Below, piece by piece: positions 54,938 through 64,000 of a stretch of DNA of 64,000 nt (the first letter of the stretch is position 1; every line of letters starts with the position of its first letter). Source of the DNA: Gemmatimonadota bacterium (GTDB lineage Bacteria; Gemmatimonadota; Gemmatimonadetes; Longimicrobiales; Gaopeijiaceae). The position numbers were made by a program, and so were the translations under genes. Under the pieces are notes generated by a model that was given only the letters and a program-made list of their open reading frames with translations, was not told the origin of the DNA and ran no database searches. The stretch spans positions 992,001 through 1,056,000 of the forward strand of contig JAXHMG010000003.1 in NCBI GenBank assembly GCA_034521595.1. Direction: 5' to 3'.

Positions 54938-56203
54938 GTGGATATCATCAGGGACACCAAGCCACAGAAGAAGCGAAAGAAGATCCTGTGGAGCCTGGTC
55001 GCGATCGCAGGTCTCGGACTGACGATCTTCGTGCCCCGGCTCCTTCCCACCGCGGCGCCCACCGTGGACGGGAATGTGGTTTGGCAGGATACGGTCGAGT
55101 TCGGAACCCTGATTCGCCAGGTCCGGGGCCCGGGAACACTGGTGCCCGAGCAGCGGAGGCTCATCACGGCCGTCACACCGGGCCGCATCGAGGAGATCCA
55201 TGCCCTTCCGGGCACCGAGGTCGAGGCTGGTACCGTGATCATGCGCATGAGCAATCCGGACGTGGACATGCAGTTGCTGCAAGCCCAACAGCAGCTCTCG
55301 CAGGCCCGTGCGCAGCTCGCCCAGCTCCGGACCAACCTTCAGACGGGCGAGCTCACGCAGCGGGGCACGGTGGCGACGGTCCGCACCCAGTACCTCGACG
55401 CGAAGCGCACCTACGAGACGAACCAGCGCCTCTTCGACGAGAATCCCGACCTCGTGGCCCGGGCAGTGCTCGAACGGTCCCGCGAGTCCATGGAGGAGCT
55501 CGAGTTGCGGCTCGAACTCGAGGAGGACCGGCTCGAGGTCATGGAGTCCACGGCCTCCGTGCAGGTTCTCGCCCAGCAGGAGCAGATCCAGCGTCTCGAG
55601 GAGATGGTCCGGTTCAACCGAGACCGCCTCGAGTCGATGGAGGTGACGGTCCCGGTCACCGGGGTTCTGGCTCCGTTGGACATCCCGATCCAGGAAGGGC
55701 AGTGGGTGCAGTCGGGTCAGACGCTGTCCCTGGTCGTGGTGCCGGGCCGCCTCAAGGCGGAGGTGCGGATCACCCAGACGCAGGCGCAGGACATCGTGAT
55801 CGGCCAGCGGGCGCTCATCGATACCCGCAGCGACACCATCGAAGGCCGGGTGGTCCGGATCGATCCGGCGGTGCGGAACGGGACGGTGACGATCGACGTC
55901 GCGCTCCCGGACGAGCTTCCGAGCTCCGCCCGGCCGGATCAGAGCGTCGACGGCAACGTGATCATCGAACGGTTGGACGACGTGACCTTCGTGGGGCGTC
56001 CCACCTTCGGGCAGGCGAACTCACGGGTCAGCCTCTTTCGCGTCACTGAAGACGGCGAGTACGCGGAGCGGGTGTCGGTTCAACTCGGGGCCAGCTCCGT
56101 CAACGATATCGAAGTGCGGGAGGGGCTGAGCGAGGGCGACGTGGTGATCCTTTCCGACATGTCTCGATGGGACGATTTCGACCGCGTGCGGATCGGCAAC
56201 TGA
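54938..56203 (+). CDS. Efflux periplasmic adaptor (HlyD/MacA-like)
   Basis: VRGPGTLVPE, coiled coil, RIDPAVRNGTV, GLSEGDVVI. Confidence 0.9.
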   Translation: MDIIRDTKPQKKRKKILWSLVAIAGLGLTIFVPRLLPTAAPTVDGNVVWQDTVEFGTLIRQVRGPGTLVPEQRRLITAVTPGRIEEIHALPGTEVEAGTVIMRMSNPDVDMQLLQAQQQLSQARAQLAQLRTNLQTGELTQRGTVATVRTQYLDAKRTYETNQRLFDENPDLVARAVLERSRESMEELELRLELEEDRLEVMESTASVQVLAQQEQIQRLEEMVRFNRDRLESMEVTVPVTGVLAPLDIPIQEGQWVQSGQTLSLVVVPGRLKAEVRITQTQAQDIVIGQRALIDTRSDTIEGRVVRIDPAVRNGTVTIDVALPDELPSSARPDQSVDGNVIIERLDDVTFVGRPTFGQANSRVSLFRVTEDGEYAERVSVQLGASSVNDIEVREGLSEGDVVILSDMSRWDDFDRVRIGN

Positions 56204-56276
56204 ACGATCCAACAGACGTCACCGCCGTGGGCGCGGCACGGCTCCGAGTGGCGTGACACCGATGGGAGGGGACGAG

Positions 56277-57041
56277 ATGACGAAAGAGCATGCGTTGATC
56301 GAGCTGGGAGAGATGAGCAAGGTGTTCTACACCGAAGAGGTGGAGACCCACGCGCTCTCGAACATCAACCTCTCGATCGAAACGGGGGAGTTCGTGTCGA
56401 TCGCGGGGCCGTCGGGGTGTGGGAAGACGACGTTGTTGTCGATTCTGGGGTTGTTGGACAGCCCGACGAGTGGGCGGTACCTGCTCGACGACACGCCGGT
56501 GGAGAACCTGACGGCGAGCCAGCGTGCGAAGATCCGGAACCAGGCGATCGGGTTCATCTTCCAGGCGTTCAACCTGATCGGGGACCTCACGGTTCAGGAG
56601 AACGTGGAGCTGCCGCTGACGTACCGGGGGATGCCGGGCTCGGAGCGGAAGGAGCGGGTACAGGCGGCGCTGGAGCGCGTGGGCATGGCGCACCGGATGA
56701 CGCACTACCCGAGTCAGCTCAGTGGCGGCCAGCAGCAGCGCGTGGCGGTGGCTCGGGCGATCGTGGGCAAGCCGTTGATCCTGCTCGCGGACGAGCCGAC
56801 GGGAAACCTGGATTCGAAGAACGGAAACGCCGTGATGGAGCTCATGCACGAGCTGCACGACGAGGGCGCCACGATCTGCATGGTGACGCACGATCCGCGC
56901 TACGCCGAGGTCGCCGACCGCGCCGTGCATCTCTTCGACGGCCAGATCGTCAGTGAGGACGACGTTCGGCGGGCCCAGGAGCTCGAGGAAGCCGGATTCG
57001 ATCTCCATCACGGCCCGGGAGAGCCCACGCCGAAAGCTTGA
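56277..57041 (+). CDS. ABC transporter ATP-binding protein (LolD/MacB type)
   Basis: GPSGCGKT, LSGGQQQRV, LADEPTGNLD, VTH. Confidence 0.95.
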   Translation: MTKEHALIELGEMSKVFYTEEVETHALSNINLSIETGEFVSIAGPSGCGKTTLLSILGLLDSPTSGRYLLDDTPVENLTASQRAKIRNQAIGFIFQAFNLIGDLTVQENVELPLTYRGMPGSERKERVQAALERVGMAHRMTHYPSQLSGGQQQRVAVARAIVGKPLILLADEPTGNLDSKNGNAVMELMHELHDEGATICMVTHDPRYAEVADRAVHLFDGQIVSEDDVRRAQELEEAGFDLHHGPGEPTPKA

Positions 57042-57144
57042 GGACATACGCGTCGGGGGAGACCTGACGCGGCATGCTCGGGAGCCGTAGGTTGAGGCAC
57101 CTCCGAGCGGCGACTCGGTCAAACGCGCGCGCCACGAGATACGC

Positions 57145-57813
57145 ATGATCAGGCTGAAGAACGTCGAGAAGTCGTACAGGACCGGGGCCGGTGAAACGTT
57201 CGTGCTGCGGCGCATCTCGGCCGATATCGAGACGGGGGAGTTCGTCACCGTCATGGGGCCGTCGGGCGCCGGAAAGTCCACCTTGCTCTCCATCATGGGG
57301 ATGCTCGACGGAGACTGGGGCGGCGAGTACTACCTCTTCGGCGAGCCGGTGCACGCGATGCGCCCACGGGCTCGGAGCGAGCTCGGTAAGGCCTATGTGG
57401 GCTTCGTGTTCCAGCAATACCATCTCCTCGACGACCTGACGGTGTACGAGAACCTGGAGATTCCGCTCTCGTACCGGAACGTGAAACGGAAGGAACGCCA
57501 GGCGATCGTCGCCGACGCGCTGGACCGGTTCCAGATCGTGGGGAAGAAGGACCTGTACCCGAGTCAGCTCTCGGGCGGCCAGCAGCAGCTCGTCGCGGTG
57601 GCGCGCGCGGTCGTCGCGGAGCCCTCGGTGATTCTGGCCGACGAGCCGACCGGCAGCCTACATTCCAGCCAGGGCCGCATGATCATGGATCTGCTCACCG
57701 AGCTGAACCGGAGTGGCACCACCGTCGTTCAGGTGACGCACAACGAAGAGTACGCGGCGTACGGGAGCCGGATCATCGAGCTCCGAGACGGATGGATCGT
57801 GGACGAATCGTGA
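57145..57813 (+). CDS. ABC transporter ATP-binding protein (LolD/MacB type)
   Basis: [25 protein letters not shown]. Confidence 0.95.
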   Translation: MIRLKNVEKSYRTGAGETFVLRRISADIETGEFVTVMGPSGAGKSTLLSIMGMLDGDWGGEYYLFGEPVHAMRPRARSELGKAYVGFVFQQYHLLDDLTVYENLEIPLSYRNVKRKERQAIVADALDRFQIVGKKDLYPSQLSGGQQQLVAVARAVVAEPSVILADEPTGSLHSSQGRMIMDLLTELNRSGTTVVQVTHNEEYAAYGSRIIELRDGWIVDES

Positions 57814-59180
57814 TGCCGGAAAAGCCCCGCATTCTCGTCGCGGACGATCAGCAGGACGTCCTCGAGGCTCTGCACATGCTGCTCGAGGCAGAAGGGTTCG
57901 AGGTGCGAAGCGCGACCTCACCCGCCGGAGTGGTCGAGGCCGTCGAGTCCGGTGACTTCGACCTCGTCCTCATCGACCTGAACTACACCCGCGATACCAC
58001 GTCCGGGCGCGAGGGGCTCGACCTCGTCACGTCGATTCGAGAGCTCGATGCCACCGTGCCGGTCGTCGTGATGACCGCGTGGGGGAGCGTCGAAGGTGCC
58101 GTCGAAGCGATGCGTCGGGGCGCGCGCGACTATATCGAGAAGCCGTGGGACAACGAGCGGCTGCTCACTACGCTCCGGACCCAGGTCGAGCTGGGCCGGG
58201 CGCTGCGGCGTAGCCAGCTCCTGGAAGGCGAGAATCTTCGGTTGAAGGGAGAAGGTGCGCCGGAGCTCATCGCGACCTCCGAGGCCATGCAGCCGGTCCT
58301 CGAGGTGATCGACCGCGTGGGCCCGTCGGACGCGAACGTCCTGGTCGTTGGAGAGCACGGAACGGGCAAAGAGGTCATCGCCCGCTGGCTTCACGCGGTC
58401 TCCGATCGTGCCCGGAACGCGCTGATCACCGTGAACGCGGGCGGGTTCAGCGAAGGGGTCTTCGAGAGTGAGCTGTTCGGCCACGTGCGGGGCGCCTTCA
58501 CCGATGCGAAAGGAGACCGCGTCGGCTGCTTCGAGCTGGCCGACGAAGGCACGCTCTTTCTGGACGAGATCGCGAACGTGCCGCTGCAGCAACAGGCGAA
58601 GCTTCTCCGAGTGCTCGAGACGGGCGAGATCCAGCGGGTGGGGTCGTCGAAAGTGCGGAGCGTGGACGTACGCGTGCTCTCCGCGACCAACGCCAACCCG
58701 GGGGAGGCGGTCGAGCGGGGAGAGTTTCGTGAGGACCTCCTCTACCGGCTGAACACCGTCGAAGTGCGGCTCCCGCCGCTGCGGGACCGAAGAGAGGACA
58801 TCCTCCCGCTGGCCCGGCACTTCCTCGGAAAGCAGGTGGCACGGTACGGGCGCGACATCGAAGGCTTTTCCAGAGCGGCCGAGGAGGCGCTCCTCGCACA
58901 TGCATGGCCGGGCAACGTGCGCGAGCTCCAACATTCGGTCGAGCGCTCGGTCCTCATGGCTCGTGGGTCTCGTATCGAGATGTCGGACTTGGGATTAAGG
59001 CGGAAGGGGGACGGAGCCACGCCCATGGACGAGCTGACGCTGGAAGAGGCGGAGCGACTCCTCATCGAAAAGGCGCTCCAGCGTCACGCGGGGAACGTCA
59101 GCCGGACCGCGGAAGCGCTCGGGCTGAGCCGGAGCGCGCTCTACCGCCGGTTGCAGCGCCACGATATCGAGCCGGCGTAG
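57813..59180 (+). CDS. Sigma54-dependent response regulator (REC-AAA+-Fis HTH)
   Basis: GEHGTGKE, ESELFGH.RGAFTDA, LFLDE, WPGNVREL. Confidence 0.95.
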   Translation: MPEKPRILVADDQQDVLEALHMLLEAEGFEVRSATSPAGVVEAVESGDFDLVLIDLNYTRDTTSGREGLDLVTSIRELDATVPVVVMTAWGSVEGAVEAMRRGARDYIEKPWDNERLLTTLRTQVELGRALRRSQLLEGENLRLKGEGAPELIATSEAMQPVLEVIDRVGPSDANVLVVGEHGTGKEVIARWLHAVSDRARNALITVNAGGFSEGVFESELFGHVRGAFTDAKGDRVGCFELADEGTLFLDEIANVPLQQQAKLLRVLETGEIQRVGSSKVRSVDVRVLSATNANPGEAVERGEFREDLLYRLNTVEVRLPPLRDRREDILPLARHFLGKQVARYGRDIEGFSRAAEEALLAHAWPGNVRELQHSVERSVLMARGSRIEMSDLGLRRKGDGATPMDELTLEEAERLLIEKALQRHAGNVSRTAEALGLSRSALYRRLQRHDIEPA

Positions 59181-59239
59181 CAGCCCGTGGTAGATCTCGT
59201 GCGGCCCCGGTCGATGACACGTTCGGCGCGCTCCCGACC

Positions 59240-60583
59240 GTGAGCGGCATCTGGCGGCGACTCGGGCACGATACCCGGATCGTCGTTCTCTCGCTGCTCG
59301 CCGGAGCCCCCGGGGTCGCCGTGGCCCTGGTTCTTCTGTGGGCAGGGGATCACGCGACGCTCCTGCAGTGGTTCCTCACGGCCGTGGTCGTCGGTGGGTG
59401 GGCGCTCCTCACACTGCTGCTCCGCGAGCATGTCGTCCGGCCCTTGGGAACGCTCGCGAACATGCTGGCCGCCTTGCGGGAGGGCGATTTCTCCATCCGC
59501 GCTCGCGTGGTGGACGCCACGGATCCGCTCTCACTCGTCTTCCACGAGCTGAACGCGCTCGAAGAGACCCTCAGAGACCAGCGACTGGGGGCGGTCGAAG
59601 CCACGGAGACGCTTCGGAAGGTCTTGGAGGAGATCGACGTGGCCGTCTTCGCCTTCGATCCGGGAGGCACGCTCCGAATCGTGAACCGCGCGGGCGAGCG
59701 GCTCCTGGGCCAGCCGGCCGAACGGTTGATCGGCAGGTCCGCCGAGGAGGTCCGCTTGGACGAGACGCTGGAGGGGGTGGCACCGCGGACGTTGGAGGTA
59801 GCGTTCCCGGGGGGCACCGGCCGTTGGGAGCTCAGGAGAAGCGTCGTGCGCCAGGAAGGATCCCGCCTTCAGCTCGTCGCCCTGTCGGATTTGAGTCGCG
59901 CGTTGCGTGAGGAGGAACGGCAGGCCTGGAAGCGGATCATTCGGGTCCTCTCCCACGAGATCAACAACTCGCTCACGCCGATCAAATCGGTCTCGGGGAG
60001 CCTGCGAACCATGCTCGCCCGCCGTGAGCTCCCCGACGACGTCGGTGAGGATGTGGAGCGCGGGCTGTCGATCATCTCGGGCCGGGCGGAGTCGCTCGGG
60101 CGCTTCATGGCTTCCTACGCGCGCCTGGCCCGGCTCCCGCATCCGGAGTTCGCCCCCGTCGACGTGGCCGAGCTGATTCGCCGGGTCGCCGATTTGGAGA
60201 TGCGGCGGGCCGTGGAAGTGGGCTCGGGTCCCGAGTTGACGATTCAGGCCGATTCGGACCAGCTCGAGCAGGCGCTCATCAACCTCGTGCACAACGCCGT
60301 GGATGCGACGCTAGAGAGTGGGGCGGACGGCCCGGTCTCGATCGGTTGGACGCACCGGAGCGGAACGCTACACGTGCTCGTGGACGACGAAGGTCCGGGG
60401 CTACCCGACACGGGGAACCTGTTCGTGCCGTTCTATACCACGAAGCCCGGTGGCTCGGGCATCGGGCTGGTCCTCGCCCGCCAGATCGTCGAGGCACACG
60501 GGGGTACGCTGGTGCTCGAAGAGCGAGGGGAACGTCCTGGTGCTCGCGCACGTCTCACGCTCCCCGTGGATCCGGAAGCCTGA
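59240..60583 (+). CDS. Sensor histidine kinase (NtrY-like)
   Basis: Two TM helices, PAS-like region, LSHEINNSL, NLVHNA, DEGPG, GSGIGL. Confidence 0.93.
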   Translation: MSGIWRRLGHDTRIVVLSLLAGAPGVAVALVLLWAGDHATLLQWFLTAVVVGGWALLTLLLREHVVRPLGTLANMLAALREGDFSIRARVVDATDPLSLVFHELNALEETLRDQRLGAVEATETLRKVLEEIDVAVFAFDPGGTLRIVNRAGERLLGQPAERLIGRSAEEVRLDETLEGVAPRTLEVAFPGGTGRWELRRSVVRQEGSRLQLVALSDLSRALREEERQAWKRIIRVLSHEINNSLTPIKSVSGSLRTMLARRELPDDVGEDVERGLSIISGRAESLGRFMASYARLARLPHPEFAPVDVAELIRRVADLEMRRAVEVGSGPELTIQADSDQLEQALINLVHNAVDATLESGADGPVSIGWTHRSGTLHVLVDDEGPGLPDTGNLFVPFYTTKPGGSGIGLVLARQIVEAHGGTLVLEERGERPGARARLTLPVDPEA

Positions 60584-60748
60584 GGAGCTCCGACCACCAC
60601 GCTCGCCTCGCCGGTCGCTCCGGCACGTACATCGGTATCCGAGTCGCGGTCCGTGAGTGGCCGAGTGAGGTCGGCTCCGGATGGCTCGCCGTGACACCGC
60701 GGGCGGTGCCGGGTTACCTTCCGCGGTGGCATCCGCAGATGTCGGCTC

Positions 60749-61681
60749 GTGCAAAGCCTTCCGGGGGGACGATCTCCGTTGCTGCAGCGGCCCATCAAAG
60801 TGTTAGTGGTCGAGTCGGACCAGGAATACCACGACCATCTCGCGTCCGAGGTCGCCGAGTCGGATACGGCGGCGGTGACGCTCGAGTGGGTGGGGGAGTT
60901 GAGCCAGGCGCTGGCGCGCCTTACGCGCGGCGGGTTCGACGCCATCCTGTTGTCCCTCGACCTCCCCGACAGCGAAGGGATGGTCACCTTCGACCGAGCG
61001 TACGCATTCAGTCCCGACGTGCCCATCGTAGTGCTCACGGACGAACCGGACGAGGCTGCGGCGACGGCCACCGTCCAGGCCGGGGCTCAGGATTATTTGG
61101 TCAAGCACGAGATCACGACTTCCCTGCTGGTGCGGTCGCTTCGACACGCGGTGGAGCGTCACAGGCTCTTTTCCGCGCTCCGCAGTCTCTCGCTGATCGA
61201 CGACTTGACGGGGCTCTACAACCGGCGCGGATTCACCGACTTGGGTGAGCAGTATCTCAAGCTGGCTCGACGGTCCGGGCGCGGAGTGAGCATGGTGTAC
61301 GTCGACCTCGACCGGTTCAAGACCATCAACGACTCGCTCGGTCACCACGTGGGCGACCGGGCTCTGGCGAAGGTCGCCGACATCCTGCGTGCGACGTTCC
61401 GCAAGTCCGACATCATCGCACGGTTGGGGGGGGACGAGTTCGGCGTGCTCGCCCTGGAAGCTTCCGACGAGAGCTCGGAATCCCTGGTCGAGCGGTTGCG
61501 GGAAAGCGTCGCGGAGTTCAATCAGACCAGCCCCGATCCGTATCAGCTGGCCGTGAGCATCGGCATGGCGCGGCAGGAAGACGAGCCCGGCGTCCGGCTC
61601 GAAGACCTCGTCGCCGAGGCGGACAGCGCGATGTATCGCGAGAAGCACGAGAAGCGAGCAGCCGCTCTGAGGGGACGATGA
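60749..61681 (+). CDS. REC-GGDEF diguanylate cyclase
   Basis: DDLTGLYNRR, DLDRFKTIND, RKSD..RLGGDEF. Confidence 0.93.
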   Translation: MQSLPGGRSPLLQRPIKVLVVESDQEYHDHLASEVAESDTAAVTLEWVGELSQALARLTRGGFDAILLSLDLPDSEGMVTFDRAYAFSPDVPIVVLTDEPDEAAATATVQAGAQDYLVKHEITTSLLVRSLRHAVERHRLFSALRSLSLIDDLTGLYNRRGFTDLGEQYLKLARRSGRGVSMVYVDLDRFKTINDSLGHHVGDRALAKVADILRATFRKSDIIARLGGDEFGVLALEASDESSESLVERLRESVAEFNQTSPDPYQLAVSIGMARQEDEPGVRLEDLVAEADSAMYREKHEKRAAALRGR

Positions 61682-63807
61682 GCGAACGGGGCGCGGAGAC
61701 CAAGAACCAGGATCGATCCAACGTCACTGCGGTACACTGGCTCGTGCGGATCGCGGAGCGCGCCGGCTACGGCGACCACGAGCGTCCCGAGATACCCGCG
61801 AGCAGTCGGGCTTCGGAAGCGTGGGGAGATGTCGCCCGTGCCTATGGCCTGAGCGACGGGGCGTTGGCCGAGTTGGTGGCGGAGTATTTCCGGTTGAACG
61901 TGGCCAAGCTCGATCGTGCCGATCCCAATGCCGCGCTGTTGATCCCGGAAACGATGGCGCGGAAGCACCATGTCTACCCGATCGTCGACGACGATCGGCA
62001 CCTCGTCGTCGCGACCTGCGATCCCACGGACGTCGAAGCCGAGCGCGCGCTCGGCTTCAGCACGGGCAGGACCCCGCTCTTCGAGGTCGCCTCCCCCAGC
62101 GTGATTCAGGACGCCCTCGACCAACGTTTCTCACCCGAGCAGGCCGTGGACGCTCTGCTCGGCGGGCTCGGGGATGACGTGAGCGAGGATGCGGTCCGGC
62201 TGGTGGAAGAGCTGGGCCCGGAGTCCATCAGCCAGGACGACGTCACGGCCACGCCCGTGGTCAAGCTGACCAACCTGATCATCCGCGACGGCATCGGGCA
62301 GGGGGCCAGCGACGTGCACATCGAGCCGGGTCGAAGGATGGGCGCGGTCCGGTATCGGGTCGACGGCGTGCTGCGCAAGCACATGGACCTTCCGATGGCC
62401 GCGCTGAACCGCGTGATCTCGCGGATCAAGGTGCTTTCCAAGCTCGATATCGCGGACCGCCTCCGCCCGCAGGACGGGAAAGCCCGGGTCCAGGTGCGAG
62501 GTCGCGCGTACGACCTGCGGGTGTCGACCATTCCGGCCGGCGGCGCGGAGAAGTGCGTCATCCGGGTGCTCGACTCCAGCGCCTCGCTCTCCCTCGACGA
62601 CCTCGACCTACCGAAGAAGGAGCTCGAGCGCTTCCGTGAACTCCTCGCGTACCGAGACGGGATCCTGGTCGTGACAGGTCCGACCGGATCCGGTAAGACG
62701 ACCACGCTCTACGGTGGGTTGCGCGAGCTCGCCGACGGAAAAGTCAATATCATGACCGTCGAGGACCCGATCGAATACGAGCTCGCGGGCGTGACGCAGA
62801 CGCAGGTCCAGACCAAGCAGGGCATGACGTTCGCGGGTGCGCTGCGGGCGATGCTGCGCCAGGATCCGGACGTGATCCTCGTCGGTGAGATCCGGGACAA
62901 GGAGACCGCCGTGACGGCGGCCCAAGCGGCCATGACCGGTCACTTGGTGCTCACCACCGTGCACGCCAACGACGCGGTGAGCACGGTCGCGCGCCTCGCC
63001 GATCTCGGGCTCCAGTTCAGCACGATCTCGCAGACGCTTCGCGGCTCCGTGGCGCAGAGGCTGATACGCCGGGTATGCCCGGCGTGCGCGGAGCCCGTGC
63101 GGGGTCAGCTCACGCCCGACGAACAGCGCTTGACCGAGCGGCACGGCATCGAGCCCGTGGTGCGGGCCGTGGGCTGCCCCGAGTGCGGGTTCACGGGTTA
63201 TCGCGGACGTCTTCCGGTCAACGAGGTGCTCGTGGTGGGGCCTCGGGTGCAGCAGGCGATCGAGCAACGAAAAGGGTGGTCGACGCTCCAGCGGATCGCC
63301 GTTCAGGGCGGCATGCGCACCCTGCACGAGGTGGGGCTCGAGTGGGTGACCCAGTCGCGGACCACCCTGGTCGAGATCGAACGCGTGTTGGGTCAGCAGA
63401 TCGAAGACACGCCGGACGAGGCGGACTCCGGACCAGCGCGCATCCTGTTGGTGGACGACGACGAACAGGCGCGACTGCTGATGCGCACGCTGTTCGAGAA
63501 CGAAGGCTATGAGGTCTACGATGCGGAAGACGGGTATAAGGCCTTGGATATCCTGAAGGACGACCAGAATTTCCGGCTCGTGGTGCTCGATCTCGCCATG
63601 CCCGGGATGGATGGCCGCCAGGTACTCGATCAGATTCGAGGGTCCGTGGAGACGGCGGCACTACCGGTGCTGATTCGAACCGGCACGGGAAGCGACAAGC
63701 TGGAAGCCGAGCTTCTCAACGCGGGTGCGGACGACTACGTCGACAAGTCGGTGGATGCCGAACGGTTTCTCGCGCGCGTGGAGGCCGTCATGCGACGGGC
63801 GATCTGA
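61678..63807 (+). CDS. GspE/PilB-family secretion ATPase with C-terminal REC domain
   Basis: ASDVHIEP, GPTGSGKTTT, TVEDPIE, RQDPDVILVGEIRD, CxxC pairs; LVDDD..VLDLAMPGMDG. Confidence 0.93.
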   Translation: MSERGAETKNQDRSNVTAVHWLVRIAERAGYGDHERPEIPASSRASEAWGDVARAYGLSDGALAELVAEYFRLNVAKLDRADPNAALLIPETMARKHHVYPIVDDDRHLVVATCDPTDVEAERALGFSTGRTPLFEVASPSVIQDALDQRFSPEQAVDALLGGLGDDVSEDAVRLVEELGPESISQDDVTATPVVKLTNLIIRDGIGQGASDVHIEPGRRMGAVRYRVDGVLRKHMDLPMAALNRVISRIKVLSKLDIADRLRPQDGKARVQVRGRAYDLRVSTIPAGGAEKCVIRVLDSSASLSLDDLDLPKKELERFRELLAYRDGILVVTGPTGSGKTTTLYGGLRELADGKVNIMTVEDPIEYELAGVTQTQVQTKQGMTFAGALRAMLRQDPDVILVGEIRDKETAVTAAQAAMTGHLVLTTVHANDAVSTVARLADLGLQFSTISQTLRGSVAQRLIRRVCPACAEPVRGQLTPDEQRLTERHGIEPVVRAVGCPECGFTGYRGRLPVNEVLVVGPRVQQAIEQRKGWSTLQRIAVQGGMRTLHEVGLEWVTQSRTTLVEIERVLGQQIEDTPDEADSGPARILLVDDDEQARLLMRTLFENEGYEVYDAEDGYKALDILKDDQNFRLVVLDLAMPGMDGRQVLDQIRGSVETAALPVLIRTGTGSDKLEAELLNAGADDYVDKSVDAERFLARVEAVMRRAI

Positions 63808-64000
63808 GCGGCAGCGTGGAGGCGCATGGCCCTCGAAGGGGGAGCCGCCGCCATTCGGAAAAGGACCTTGCGGGAACGTGACCGTTTCGTGACAATCGGC
63901 CCGACCTCGCTTCCTGCGGGCTTCCACCCCCAAGGCGAACGTGACTCACCGGACTCTATTCCTCTGCATGCTCGCCGCCGTCACGGCCCCTTCCTGCGTG

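Noticed and set aside
63941-64000. Possible lipoprotein gene start at the window edge
   Set aside because: Only 20 codons visible; insufficient support.

Overview
High-GC bacterial chromosome window; gene content and protein style suggest Gemmatimonadota (inference). Left core (1-13.7 kb): divergent lexA, tadA, GH10-like lipoprotein, NhaC-family antiporter, pyrR-pyrB-pyrC, rpsT, M50 protease, scpA-scpB-rluB, trkH-trkA. A tRNA-Ile2(CAT) at 13766-13839 is followed by a ~21 kb lower-GC, frameshift-rich genomic island (~13.84-34.8 kb). Its phage-type tyrosine integrase appears split: the catalytic C-terminus lies next to the tRNA, and xis plus a possible N-terminal remnant lie ~20 kb away. Between them is an array of minus-strand single-gene units separated by attC-like hairpins, with no integron integrase in the window (CALIN-like). 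The cargo is dominated by candidate defence genes: a type II R-M pair, two HEPN-motif proteins (one with two Rx4H motifs), two PD-(D/E)xK nucleases and a UDG-family protein. The island also holds a type I R-M operon truncated by an IS3-family element. Right core (35-64 kb): ArfB-like release factor, AI-2E transporter, hydrolases, TetR-TolC-MFP-RND efflux, a sigma70 fragment protein, MATE, rfbC, murB, a sigma54-type TolC/MFP/two-ABC-ATPase/two-component operon lacking a permease, and a REC-GGDEF gene coupled to a PilB/GspE-REC ATPase. All calls are from reading sequence by eye; no searches were run.
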